Sequence record: OQ031072
From: Shigella phage SFPB
Strand: one strand, 5' to 3'
DNA: 64,000 bases
In this document: one piece after another, positions 24,154-33,736 of the stretch
Layout: each line of letters opens with the position of its first letter
How positions within the stretch are numbered: the stretch's first letter is position 1
Made by a program: the position numbers and the translations under genes
Notes under the pieces: generated by a model
What the model saw: the letters and a program-made list of their open reading frames with translations, nothing else
Databases searched by the model: none
What the model was told of the DNA's origin: nothing

Positions 24154-24405
24154 TCAATAAAATAAATCTGAAGCTTTTGAATTTACAGGATTCAAAGAAC
24201 CTTCGTAATGTTCTTCATAACCCTCTTGGCAGATATTATACAGTTCTTTGAATCGGGTTTCATCAACTGGTTTAACATCTTTCTTAGCGCATAAGAAGAG
24301 ATACCAATCATACCCCAAATCCCTGCACCAAGCCTCTGAGACAAAAGCTATTGATTTGTCTTCGCTCTTGAAGATTGCTAAAGCTTCTTGCTCTTTATTG
24401 CTCAC
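24154..24405 (-). CDS. hypothetical protein
   Basis: 83-aa ORF. Confidence 0.4.
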   Translation of the reverse strand: MSNKEQEALAIFKSEDKSIAFVSEAWCRDLGYDWYLFLCAKKDVKPVDETRFKELYNICQEGYEEHYEGSLNPVNSKASDLFY

Positions 24406-24616
24406 GATACTCTACCTCTCTAAAAGTTTTATGGTAATAGATTTTGTAGTAAGCTATCTCGTTACTTTTAACATTTGTTTTAAGAAGAGTCCAGTCATAA
24501 CCTTCACCAACTCTTCCCCAAATGCTATAAAGTTTCATTAAAGATACTCCATCCAGTTTTCTGCCAAGGTTCCCCCTTGTACCATGCAGCCATTGGGTAA
24601 CCCATTTCACATACAA
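24395..24616 (-). CDS. hypothetical small protein (start uncertain, overlaps upstream ORF)
   Basis: ORF track only. Confidence 0.25.
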   Translation of the reverse strand: MYVKWVTQWLHGTRGNLGRKLDGVSLMKLYSIWGRVGEGYDWTLLKTNVKSNEIAYYKIYYHKTFREVEYREQ

Positions 24617-24731
24617 CCTTTCCGTCTTTTATTTCAAAGAACTCATCAGATGTGAAATTTTCATTTCGAACTTTCTTGCCCTGTTTCATAGCTTCGAGAG
24701 CTTCTTCGTATGTCATTTTTGGTGTCTCCAA
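24525..24731 (-). CDS. hypothetical protein
   Basis: 68-aa ORF. Confidence 0.4.
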   Translation of the reverse strand: METPKMTYEEALEAMKQGKKVRNENFTSDEFFEIKDGKVVCEMGYPMAAWYKGEPWQKTGWSIFNETL

Positions 24732-24922
24732 AATTCAATGTCAATAAGTTCCTGTGCAATACTCTTCAGATTCCCTTTCAAGAAAACCTTTTCAGAGTTA
24801 GGTAGGCTTGCATTATCGATGAGTCTATTCATTCTGTCAAAAAGAGTTTTCTTCCGATTCTTGATAGTCTCTTTTGAAGCACCTTGCATCATGGCGAGAT
24901 GAGTTCTTCCACGATGGCTCAT
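24713..24922 (-). CDS. hypothetical small basic protein
   Basis: 69-aa ORF; ATGA-coupled. Confidence 0.4.
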   Translation of the reverse strand: MSHRGRTHLAMMQGASKETIKNRKKTLFDRMNRLIDNASLPNSEKVFLKGNLKSIAQELIDIEFWRHQK

Positions 24923-25119
24923 AGACGTTCACCTTTAAGGTAGCCTGTCTTATCCTTGATAATCTTACCTCCAGCAATAAAAATATCAACCTTGCGAAGA
25001 TTTTCATTAGAAAGCTTGAGGTGCTTATGGCTACTGCAAATGATGATGCACATAGCCTCAATCTCACTTTGAGAATATCCAGCACATTGCAGTTGAACTT
25101 CAATTTCTGAAATAGTCAT
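24919..25119 (-). CDS. hypothetical small protein
   Basis: 66-aa ORF. Confidence 0.4.
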   Translation of the reverse strand: MTISEIEVQLQCAGYSQSEIEAMCIIICSSHKHLKLSNENLRKVDIFIAGGKIIKDKTGYLKGERL

Positions 25120-25180
25120 ACAAGTCTCCTATACAATATATAGTATAAGGTACTCTTCCATGAGCACCTTGTCAACACTA

Positions 25181-27880
25181 TTAGTGGACTTCAAGCCACG
25201 ATTTACCAACTTTCCCTGCACCTGTGACCAATGTCTCTTTTCTTAGCCCAAGGTTCTTAGATGCTTGACCATAATACCAGTCAGTTACTGCTTTCACATC
25301 TGCTGTCATGCTCTCTGGACATTCCCAGCTTGTTTCATCGTGGTAAGCACAGAGTAAGCGAGCACCAATAGCTGGTTTACGACCATTCAACTTCATCAAA
25401 CCCTCATCAATCATACGACGACATGCAAGGTTGATTGCTTCATTCTGAACTTGTGCTTCTGAACCCATCAGCAAATAGTTCAAGAGTTTGTGTGGAGACT
25501 TACACCACAGCCAAGCCCCAGCAACCTTCACAAAACCACCTTTAGCTATTGCAGCAGTTTTACCAAACACCTCTTCAAGTGCTTTCTTAGTTGCTTTGAA
25601 ATCAGCTTCCAAGTTGTCTAACAGTTTCTTAATCTTCGGTAAACGCACAAAGTAAGTCTGCTTAGTCAATGCACCTTCCTGAGTAGTTGCTGCTTTAATT
25701 GTTTTAGCAAACTTCTCATCACCTGCACCGAACAACAGGGCATAGATACCATTCTTAGCTTTCTTACGCCCCTTGCTAATCTCATGAAGAAGATTCTCAT
25801 CCTGAGTAGCACGACAAGTCAAGATATCTTGCTCATCATTAAGGCTGAAGTAGATACTGTTCAGAGTGTGAGCATCAGTCCCTGAGTAAACTACGTACAA
25901 ATCGTTTTCAGAGTCGTAACGCAGATACTTGTCAATCTCTGGATTCAGATACTGGTCAAAGTGTTTACAGTAGTATCTTCCATCCTCTTGACGGACAAAC
26001 TCAATCTCTTCTTTACCCTCTGTTACCGCTTTGGTGAAGTCTTTATCACCCATGAAGTTACAGAGTAGTACAAGCTGTGCAGAGTTCATATCAACAGATA
26101 CTACGTTGGTTCCCTCTTCACAAATCCACACTGCCCTCATTGGCTCACCGTACACGGCAGCACCAGAAGGTACGTTTACAATACCATACTGAGTCATACG
26201 TCCAGTAGAAGTACCAAACACCATTGCACCTGCACTCAAACGACCATCTGGACGAATCTGGTTCAGCCAACCTTTCTCATCATCCTTTGAGTTCTCAATA
26301 GTCCTGCGTCGGTGCATCAAAGTATAGTACTTCGCAATCTTCTGTCCAAGCTCACCTTCGATTGTATCATAAGAAGACTCTGTAAGCTTTGGTGAAGTCC
26401 TAATCAAGCAAGGCTCAAGCACATCTGTGTACTTCTTAACAGACCAGTTATGCTCAATGTAATAGACACCTTCATGCTCAATGTAATTCAATCCACAACG
26501 TTCAACCATCTCATCCCACTTAGGATGTTTGCGAATCATCTTTTTGTTGTCTTTGAATCTGCAAACCTTGATAGGACGACCATCAGAATCTTTTTTATAG
26601 TTCCAATCATCAGGAATCCAACCAACGGATTTTAAGTAATCCTTCACCACAGCTACCTGAGTCATTCGTGAAACTTCAAACTCAATTGGTGTAAATGGTG
26701 CATCAATCAAACCAGTGTAGCGACTAGACTCTAATTCAAAGTGATTAACAACGTGAACGTTGTAGTACTTCACAGTTTTCACAGTCTTAACTGGCTTCCA
26801 ATCTTTACACTTCTTGCCAATCTTCTCATTCAGTTCATTACAAACTGCACGAGCATCTTTCATTGCTACAAAACCTTCAGGGTACTCTTCTTTTGTGACC
26901 GTGTTAGTTGGAGTGTAGCAGTTGCGCTTCTCAACATTAAAAATCTTTGTAGTTGGCTTACCATACGGCTTGATAGGGTACTGCTTCAACTCACCTTCAC
27001 GCATCTGTTCACGATACTTTGTCTTAGGGTACTTGGTAATCCTTTTCAAACCATCAACGTGACCAAATGTATCTACATACTCGTTCCAAGACTTGGCAAA
27101 TTCTTCACCTGTGACTTTACCTTTTGTCTTAATAGTTGGTGGAAGGTGTGGTTCAACCTCAGCAGCCAACTCGTTAGTTAACTTGTCAAGTTCTTTAACG
27201 TGGAACTGCATAAGTTCTACATCAGCTTTCCAACCGTTGATAGCTTGCTGACTCATCCAGAAGGATGTTTCTTTAGCTCGCATGTAGGTTTCATAAGTGT
27301 CAACACCACACTTCTTAAGTTTGAGGTACTCATTATCAAGAGCACGTTTAGTTTTGGCGTTAATCTTAATATCTTCTACAACACGAGTAAGAATCTCTGC
27401 ATTCCAGACACCCCACTCTTCAATCTCTGGTTTACGGACACCTACACGAGCACCCCATGCAGCTAAACCATGAGCACCTTTGTAACCTTTTGGCGTAGGT
27501 CTATCCATCCACTGTACGCGAGATTGGATAAGTGAATCCTGAAAGAAGTCACCCCAAGGCTTACACTTAGTATTCTCAAAGTTCCACAGGTCAGGTGCAA
27601 TGTGATTAAACACCCACCAGTCATAACCAAGACCATTGTGGATACAAAGACGTTTAGCTTTCAGTGCAAACTCAACACCTTCACGCAGACCACCTTTGAT
27701 GTATTTTGTATACTTGTGACCAAGAATAGGCTCATCAGTGAAAACCCACACAGCAGGTTCATCACTGTCATCTTTATAGTCTGCGAAAGCCATTACGTGT
27801 GCTTTTGTAAACTCAAGGAGCAACCCATCAGTTTCTGTATCACCAACCAAATGTAATTTTTCGAAATCTACATTGTCCAT
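25181..27880 (-). CDS. DNA polymerase, family A, with 3'-5' exonuclease domain; start trimmed to ATG after GAGGAG
   Basis: Exo I motif VGDTETDGL; family-A motifs DMNSAQL (A), KNGIYALLFGAG (B), YHDE (C). Confidence 0.85.
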   Translation of the reverse strand: MDNVDFEKLHLVGDTETDGLLLEFTKAHVMAFADYKDDSDEPAVWVFTDEPILGHKYTKYIKGGLREGVEFALKAKRLCIHNGLGYDWWVFNHIAPDLWNFENTKCKPWGDFFQDSLIQSRVQWMDRPTPKGYKGAHGLAAWGARVGVRKPEIEEWGVWNAEILTRVVEDIKINAKTKRALDNEYLKLKKCGVDTYETYMRAKETSFWMSQQAINGWKADVELMQFHVKELDKLTNELAAEVEPHLPPTIKTKGKVTGEEFAKSWNEYVDTFGHVDGLKRITKYPKTKYREQMREGELKQYPIKPYGKPTTKIFNVEKRNCYTPTNTVTKEEYPEGFVAMKDARAVCNELNEKIGKKCKDWKPVKTVKTVKYYNVHVVNHFELESSRYTGLIDAPFTPIEFEVSRMTQVAVVKDYLKSVGWIPDDWNYKKDSDGRPIKVCRFKDNKKMIRKHPKWDEMVERCGLNYIEHEGVYYIEHNWSVKKYTDVLEPCLIRTSPKLTESSYDTIEGELGQKIAKYYTLMHRRRTIENSKDDEKGWLNQIRPDGRLSAGAMVFGTSTGRMTQYGIVNVPSGAAVYGEPMRAVWICEEGTNVVSVDMNSAQLVLLCNFMGDKDFTKAVTEGKEEIEFVRQEDGRYYCKHFDQYLNPEIDKYLRYDSENDLYVVYSGTDAHTLNSIYFSLNDEQDILTCRATQDENLLHEISKGRKKAKNGIYALLFGAGDEKFAKTIKAATTQEGALTKQTYFVRLPKIKKLLDNLEADFKATKKALEEVFGKTAAIAKGGFVKVAGAWLWCKSPHKLLNYLLMGSEAQVQNEAINLACRRMIDEGLMKLNGRKPAIGARLLCAYHDETSWECPESMTADVKAVTDWYYGQASKNLGLRKETLVTGAGKVGKSWLEVH

Positions 27881-28138
27881 TTTTACTCCTCTCAAATCAT
27901 TCTGGATAATACCCTACAGCAATTTTCTTCAAAAAGCAAGTTGACAAACTACTTGACAAGGTGTTAGTCTTTTCGAAGTGGGTTTTATCTTAATAGACTC
28001 CCTTTATAGATTAACTATACAGTTTCTTTAAAAGTCTTAAAAGATTTTTAATAGCTTTTAAAAAGCTTTAAAGTTATATGTATAACATACATAAAGATAA
28101 GAGATTAAAATCTTTATAGATACTTAACAGAGGCAATC

Positions 28139-28579
28139 ATGCAGAGGATGTACGTTCACCCAGATATCAATAACCTTGTCCAAGCTTTAGAAAAAGTTGA
28201 AGCACTTTACATTGAGGCTCAGAAGGAGTATGCTTATCAACATCGTCGAATGGTTGATGTTCAGCATGAGATAGAACTATCAAGTGGATATGACGAAGGT
28301 TTAAAGTGCTCGGTATTTGAGCACATGAAAGAGATATCTTCAGAAAGACGTAAAGCGAAAGACACAATCTTTTTGATAGATACCTTAAAAAATAAGTTGC
28401 AAAATGGAACGGACTTAGATAGTCTATCCCAACTGCTTCAGGATGCAGAGAATACATGGGACAGAAATTACTTCCCACGGTCTGAAAAAGGGCTTGACTT
28501 CTCTTCACAAGAAAGCTTAAGATTATCACGACTTACTATTAACAAAATGAGAGAGATTAAAGATGAAAACTGTAAATGA
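28139..28579 (+). CDS. hypothetical protein
   Basis: 146-aa ORF, first gene of rightward block. Confidence 0.45.
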   Translation: MQRMYVHPDINNLVQALEKVEALYIEAQKEYAYQHRRMVDVQHEIELSSGYDEGLKCSVFEHMKEISSERRKAKDTIFLIDTLKNKLQNGTDLDSLSQLLQDAENTWDRNYFPRSEKGLDFSSQESLRLSRLTINKMREIKDENCK

Positions 28580-29357
28580 GATTCTGGAAGAAAAAGGTAT
28601 TGACGAAGCATTCATGCTGAACACCGTTGAGACTCTTGCTATCATTATGCGTAGCAACTCACTGTCAGGAAAATTTATCCCTGAATCTCTGCGTGTTGTA
28701 AAAAACGCTGTAGAGAATGACGAAGATTTCCGTAAAGAGGTTGAATACCTGCTGTCTAATAAGACTGATGCTCTGAAGACCATCTTCATTGGTGTTGATG
28801 CCTTTGCAGCATACATCTTTGATGAAATGTATTCAGGTGGATACATCCAGATTACTGAGCAGGGTATTAAAGAACTTGATAACATGAGTGATGAAGACCT
28901 TCTGAAAGGTATTTGTACACCAGTTGCTGCTGTAATGGCATCGCTAGAGAAGCGTATGAATGATAAGTCACCACGTTATGCAAAACTGGATTGGGGCTTT
29001 GATGAAGTCTCTGACAAGGCAATTCAGTACGCTGATGAGACAATGAATAAGCTGTCAGAGATTACTAATGGTCTCTCTTTAGACCCTATTCAGGTTAAGG
29101 TAACTTCACTGTTAAACGCTATCTTTAGTATCATGGGTATCCATGCTTTACTTGAAGTGTCAAAAATGTTAGAGTCTGACCCAAGCTTTGTAGAGAGCAT
29201 TTCACAAGGTGCTCATACAGCAGCACTCGGGGATGTATTTAGCCAAACTGGTGCAGCAGTTCTTAGCACCAAGATTGCAATCAACTTCGGTGAAGAGTTT
29301 GTTCAGCAGTTAGAAGCAATGTCTGAGCGTGAACTCACTGGTTCTCAACTACAATAA
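28563..29357 (+). CDS. hypothetical protein
   Basis: 264-aa ORF. Confidence 0.5.
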   Translation: MKTVNEILEEKGIDEAFMLNTVETLAIIMRSNSLSGKFIPESLRVVKNAVENDEDFRKEVEYLLSNKTDALKTIFIGVDAFAAYIFDEMYSGGYIQITEQGIKELDNMSDEDLLKGICTPVAAVMASLEKRMNDKSPRYAKLDWGFDEVSDKAIQYADETMNKLSEITNGLSLDPIQVKVTSLLNAIFSIMGIHALLEVSKMLESDPSFVESISQGAHTAALGDVFSQTGAAVLSTKIAINFGEEFVQQLEAMSERELTGSQLQ

Positions 29358-29371
29358 TTGTGGCATACCCT

Positions 29372-29399
29372 TAAGCCTCCTTAATTGGGGGCTTTTTAT
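29372..29399 (+). terminator. rho-independent terminator
   Basis: AAGCCTCC-ttaatt-GGGGGCTT then TTTTATT. Confidence 0.55.
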
Positions 29400-29414
29400 T
29401 ATGGAGTGACTTAT

Positions 29415-30155
29415 ATGAAAAGTGTTATTGCATTTACTGGAAAAGCTCGTTCTGGAAAGGATACGTCTTGCAGCATTGTAAAAAATCTATTGAATGAGGC
29501 TGGATACACTGTTAAAGTATTTGCGTTTGCCGATAACTTAAAAGCAACTGCTGGATTTATCTTTGACTTAAACTGGCACGACCTATATGGTGATACGAAA
29601 GAAACACCTAAAAAGTTTAGCTTAGATTTTGACAATCTTAACTCCCGTGTGGCATGGGCTTTCAATATAAACATGAAAAGCAAAGGCATACAAGATGATG
29701 CAAAACTTTGTGGGGAAATCACAGACAGGCTTATCAAAGAGTTAAAGAAAGTTGGTAAACCTACATTGCTTACAAAGCTTGGTTTGAAAAATGAATATAT
29801 GATTTCCTCAAGACAAATACAGCAAGTCTGGGGTAGTGAGGTTATCCGTAAAATTCTTGGAGAGCGTTTCTGGATTACAGATTTGGCAGAACGTATTGAA
29901 AAATTCTATGGTGATTGCGTTAAGAAAAGTCACATAGGTATTGCACTGGTATGTGATTTAAGGTTTGATATTGAAGCTGAGTTCCTTCAAAGCTATGATA
30001 GTCAGATAATTGAGATTACAAGAAAAGATGCTATTCAGGTGGCTTCCCATAGCTCTGAACGTGGTATCTCCACTAACTTCTCTCGTGATATTATCCAGAA
30101 TAATGGAACGATGGAAGAATTAGAGAGCAAACTTAAAACCATTATCAATCTGTAA
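29415..30155 (+). CDS. deoxynucleoside monophosphate kinase (T4 gp1-like); start trimmed
   Basis: P-loop FTGKARSGKDT at N-terminus; SD GGAGTG. Confidence 0.7.
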   Translation: MKSVIAFTGKARSGKDTSCSIVKNLLNEAGYTVKVFAFADNLKATAGFIFDLNWHDLYGDTKETPKKFSLDFDNLNSRVAWAFNINMKSKGIQDDAKLCGEITDRLIKELKKVGKPTLLTKLGLKNEYMISSRQIQQVWGSEVIRKILGERFWITDLAERIEKFYGDCVKKSHIGIALVCDLRFDIEAEFLQSYDSQIIEITRKDAIQVASHSSERGISTNFSRDIIQNNGTMEELESKLKTIINL

Positions 30156-30167
30156 AAGGTGTTGAAG

Positions 30168-30359
30168 ATGAGAGAGAATAACTTTAAAGTAATTGACCAC
30201 CGTACAGTGGAACTCTCATCTCTTTCCAAAGAAGTTATGATGGAGCGACTTGAAAGGGTCGCTTCAAGAAGGAAAGAGATTGCAGAAGAAATCCATGAGC
30301 TTGATAAGATTGAAAACGGTCTTAAGGCAGAACTACAACGAAGAGGTGTGAATGGCTAA
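30168..30359 (+). CDS. hypothetical small protein; start trimmed
   Basis: ORF with SD AAGGTG. Confidence 0.4.
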   Translation: MRENNFKVIDHRTVELSSLSKEVMMERLERVASRRKEIAEEIHELDKIENGLKAELQRRGVNG

Positions 30360-32342
30360 ACAGAGAAAACTGAAAGATGCTGGAACATTTGTAGGTCACT
30401 GTGCATGTCCACGCCCTCAATGTTTATCTTCAGATGCAGGTTCTATATATCGTCATGATGACGGTTCATATTCAATGACATGTTTCAGTTGTGGAAAAGG
30501 TTTTCCAGAGTGGGATTTTGATAAAGGGCAGATTGTGAGTACTCATACTTCAGGTTCAGAGAATAAAAACCGTACATTTCGTGGTATGGATTTAGATGAT
30601 GTGAAAGAAAACCTAGAAGCAATGGATTTAAAAGACAGGAAGATTCCTGCAAAAGTCCTTGAGCGCCTTGGTATTAAAGTTGATATTGACGACAATGGTG
30701 ACATTGATGCGCACTTCTATCCAACATACAAAAAAGATGAAGATGGTAAGTTGCAACATGTAGGTTATCGTGTTCGTCACAAATATCCAGATGATTATCA
30801 CAAAGAGCACTTACGTGGGAAGTTGAAAGACTTTTCTGGTGGTGTCGGAGATATCAAAGGTGAACTGGCTATGTTCGGTTCATGGATTGCTCCAGAAGGT
30901 GGTAACCGTCTTTTCATCTGGGAAGGTGAGATGGAATGTGCTACAGCAATCTACATGACTTCTTTAGCAATTAAAGATAAGTCTAGACGTAAGAATTACT
31001 GCCACGTTTCTGTACCATCCGGTGCTAATGTTAAGTCTATCAAAGAGAACTATCAGTATATTACTTCCTTTGATGAGATTTACCTATGCTTTGATAATGA
31101 TGAAGCAGGGGCTAAAGCAACTAAGGAAGCTGCTGGTATCTTACCTATTGAAAAAGTAAGACTGTTCCAGTATCCTGAAGGTATTAAAGACCTTAGTGAG
31201 TGGTGGACTAAGTTCTTCAAAGACAAAGATACAGTCTTGGAAGGATTTAAACAACGAATCTACAATGCACCTCGTTACTGCCCTGCTGGTATCAAGAACT
31301 TTGCAGATGGTTTCGATGCTATGAAGAATCGTGGTCAGATTCCTTTAATTCCTTTCCCAGATTCTTTCGGGGATTTGAATAAGTTGACTTATGGCGGGTA
31401 TGGTTTAGGTGAGATTACAACCCTTGCTGCACCTTCATCTGTAGGTAAGTCTGCATATACTCGTGAAATGATTTACAAAGCATGGAAAGATACTGAGTAC
31501 AACATCGGTGTAATTCCTGTAGAAGACACTTACGAAGAACTTATGGAAATGCTCTGTGCAATCCATCTTAGTAAGCAGATTTCAGAGATTCCTTACGATG
31601 AGCGTAATTGGGATGAGATTAAGGTTGCACATGCTGAGTTGTCAAAAGGTCGTCGTATTCACATCGTAGACCACCAAGGGGCAATTGACCAAGATAACCT
31701 GCTGGAGTTTGTTGACTATCTGGTTAACAGCCTTGATTGTAAGATTATCATTCTTGACCCTATTACATTGGCGCTGTCACGCTCTGATACAGATGAAGAA
31801 GAAGTTCTGTCTGAGTTACTTCGTCGCTGTAAGCGTTATCAGTATGCTCAGGTAAACGTGTGTCACGTTCGTAAGAGTGCAGGTGGTCAAAAGGCCAACT
31901 CTGAAGGTGGTGATATTTCTGAAGAAGATATCAAGGGTTCTGGTGCATACTTCCAGATTTCCATGAACAACATTTTGCTTATGCGTAACAAGGTTGACCC
32001 AGACCCTGTTAAAAAGAACTTGACAAAATCAAGTTAACGAAATGTCGTCGTCATGGTAAATCAACTGGTATTGCTGGTCACACTTGGTACAATCCAGATA
32101 CAGGCCGTCTTGTAAAGGCTGCTGGATGTGGTGTTGATATTGATGGTGCAGCAGAGAATATTCGTCAGCAGTTTGGTATTGGTGAGGCTGAAGACCATTA
32201 TGATGACTCTATGCCACACTATGAAGATGTTGATTTTGACCGTGAATCTGGAGAGATTTACACACAAGAGCAACGTGAAAGCTCCACCATTCCACCTGTG
32301 ATTAACGAGGATAATGATGACTGTCCGTTCGAAACTGATTGA
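30352..32342 (+). CDS. T7 gp4-like primase-helicase; frame interrupted at A5 run 32011-32015 (frame A ends 32037, C-terminus continues in -1 frame to 32342)
   Basis: N-terminal Cys4 zinc finger; primase acidic motif FIWEGEMECATA; Walker A GLGEITTLAAPSSVGKSAYT; the -1 frame after the A-run encodes KLTKCRRHGKSTGIAGH..., matching the T7 gp4 C-terminus. Confidence 0.85.
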
Positions 32343-32595
32343 TAGTTATCTGAAGGAGGGTTTTGAACCCTTCTATTCAGAAGAAAGTAGAAAAAAATTT
32401 GTAAAAGAGTGCTTGACTAAGATAGAGCAGTTCGGTAAAGTACTCATCAACAAGGGACATGAAGTAAAGTTTGAGCACTTATCAAAAGATAATGTTGAGC
32501 AGTTTGCATTAGCGATTGATGGTTTATCTACAGTTTACATCTTTACCTTGACTAATAAACATTTTGAATATGAAATATATCGGAGAGATTCATGA
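32314..32595 (+). CDS. hypothetical protein
   Basis: 93-aa ORF. Confidence 0.4.
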   Translation: MMTVRSKLIDSYLKEGFEPFYSEESRKKFVKECLTKIEQFGKVLINKGHEVKFEHLSKDNVEQFALAIDGLSTVYIFTLTNKHFEYEIYRRDS

Positions 32596-32729
32596 AACAT
32601 TCTAAAGCATTCGAGAAAGTATTTGGTGATTCCATGAAAGCAACTGCTGGTAAACCTGCTGAATACTATGTACAGAAGCGAGTTCGCATGGGTAAGACGG
32701 CTCGTAAAGCAGCTAAGAAATCTGCTTAA
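32592..32729 (+). CDS. small basic protein (45 aa), not in ORF track
   Basis: ATGA-coupled; SD GGAGAG 5 nt upstream; Lys/Arg-rich. Confidence 0.3.
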   Translation: MKHSKAFEKVFGDSMKATAGKPAEYYVQKRVRMGKTARKAAKKSA

Positions 32730-32734
32730 AGTGT

Positions 32735-32771
32735 TTGACAAGGGAGTACGAAGTCTGTAAGATTGTACTCC
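32735..32771 (+). promoter_or_regulatory. sigma70-like promoter TTGACA-17-TAAGAT with 7-bp inverted repeat GGAGTAC/GTACTCC
   Basis: -35 32735-32740, -10 32758-32763; upstream AAGTGTTTGACA resembles the early cassette -35 context. Confidence 0.45.
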
Positions 32772-32814
32772 TTGATAGTTGAGTTGAAAGTTAATTTGAG
32801 AAAGAGGTATTAAA

Positions 32815-33222
32815 ATGTCTAAAGTTGTTAAAATGAAAGCTCCGGTAGAGAAGTACAATGGTCAAGAACGTGAGACTCTGCGTTACCTACTGAAAGATGT
32901 TTGGTTCTATTACCTGAACACTATTCCACGTCCTCAAAAGGGTAAATCTGTGGATAAGCATTTTCCGGGCAAAGATTGTAACTACAGCGTTTCAATTCTG
33001 GCAAAAGATGGTAACAAGCTCTTTAAAGAGTTCACCAAATCCAAGCGCAATGCTGAAGGTTGGGATAAAGTTACTACAGAGGCTGTTGATGCAGATGACT
33101 TCGAAGAGAAGTTTGGTTGTGAGCCTCCGTTTGAAGCTGACACCTATCACATCCTGAAGGTTAGCCGTTCAGCAGCATATAAAGACGGTGCTGTGTGGTC
33201 AGCAAAACAGAGTTTCCTGTAA
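32815..33222 (+). CDS. hypothetical protein
   Basis: 135-aa ORF with SD. Confidence 0.5.
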   Translation: MSKVVKMKAPVEKYNGQERETLRYLLKDVWFYYLNTIPRPQKGKSVDKHFPGKDCNYSVSILAKDGNKLFKEFTKSKRNAEGWDKVTTEAVDADDFEEKFGCEPPFEADTYHILKVSRSAAYKDGAVWSAKQSFL

Positions 33223-33674
33223 TGCTGGTTGAAGAAATCAACGGTAAGCGTGTTGCAGTTAAGCAGCCTATGAAGAAAATCAAGGCAGCAAAATCTGATA
33301 AGCACGATGATGATAAGACTTACGATGTAATTCATCCAGATATTGCAGTTGGTAACGGCTCATTTGGTAGTGTGATTCTGGCGACTCACTTCTACACATT
33401 TGAAGGTAACGTTCTGACCAAGCCAATTCAGGAACAATTTATCATTGATACTCTGGTTCCTTACACTGGTGGTACTGGTGGTGCTACTGAGACTGAACTG
33501 GATGAAGATGAACTGGCAATGCTTGGTCTTGCAGGTGTTGAAGACAACGGTGAAATCACTGAAGAAGATGCAAAAGATTCTGGTGATGAAGGTAAAGGTG
33601 GTGATGACGATGACGACGACCTACCAAACCCAGATGATGACGACGAAGATGATTTCGAAACTGACGACGAGTAA
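33222..33674 (+). CDS. protein with long acidic C-terminal tail (possible ssDNA-binding or replisome-interacting protein)
   Basis: C-terminus ...DDDDDDLPNPDDDDEDDFETDDE; TAATG-coupled; sits between helicase and flap endonuclease. Confidence 0.35.
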   Translation: MLVEEINGKRVAVKQPMKKIKAAKSDKHDDDKTYDVIHPDIAVGNGSFGSVILATHFYTFEGNVLTKPIQEQFIIDTLVPYTGGTGGATETELDEDELAMLGLAGVEDNGEITEEDAKDSGDEGKGGDDDDDDLPNPDDDDEDDFETDDE

Positions 33675-33691
33675 TAGTCAGTAACTACTAC

Positions 33692-33721
33692 AAAGCCCTG
33701 TACAGACGTATGGGGCTTTTT
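33692..33721 (+). terminator. rho-independent terminator
   Basis: AAAGCCC-N14-GGGCTTT then TTTTT. Confidence 0.55.
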
Positions 33722-33736
33722 CGTATGGAGAGTACA

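Noticed and set aside
24713-25119. Possible LuxR/sigma region-4-like HTH split across ORFs 24919-25119 and 24713-24922
   Set aside because: The motif match is weak in both frames and the ORFs are joined by an ordinary ATGA overlap.
27881-27895. Upstream GTG/TTG starts reported by the ORF track (for example 27895, 29385, 33710, 44178, 46379, 56875)
   Set aside because: Each has an in-frame ATG a few codons downstream with a properly spaced GGAG-type SD, and the extensions often run into terminators or upstream stop codons.
32815-33674. Possible frameshift fusing ORFs 32815-33222 and 33222-33674 into one SSB-like protein
   Set aside because: The junction is a TAATG stop-start overlap, the normal coupling arrangement between separate genes in this genome.
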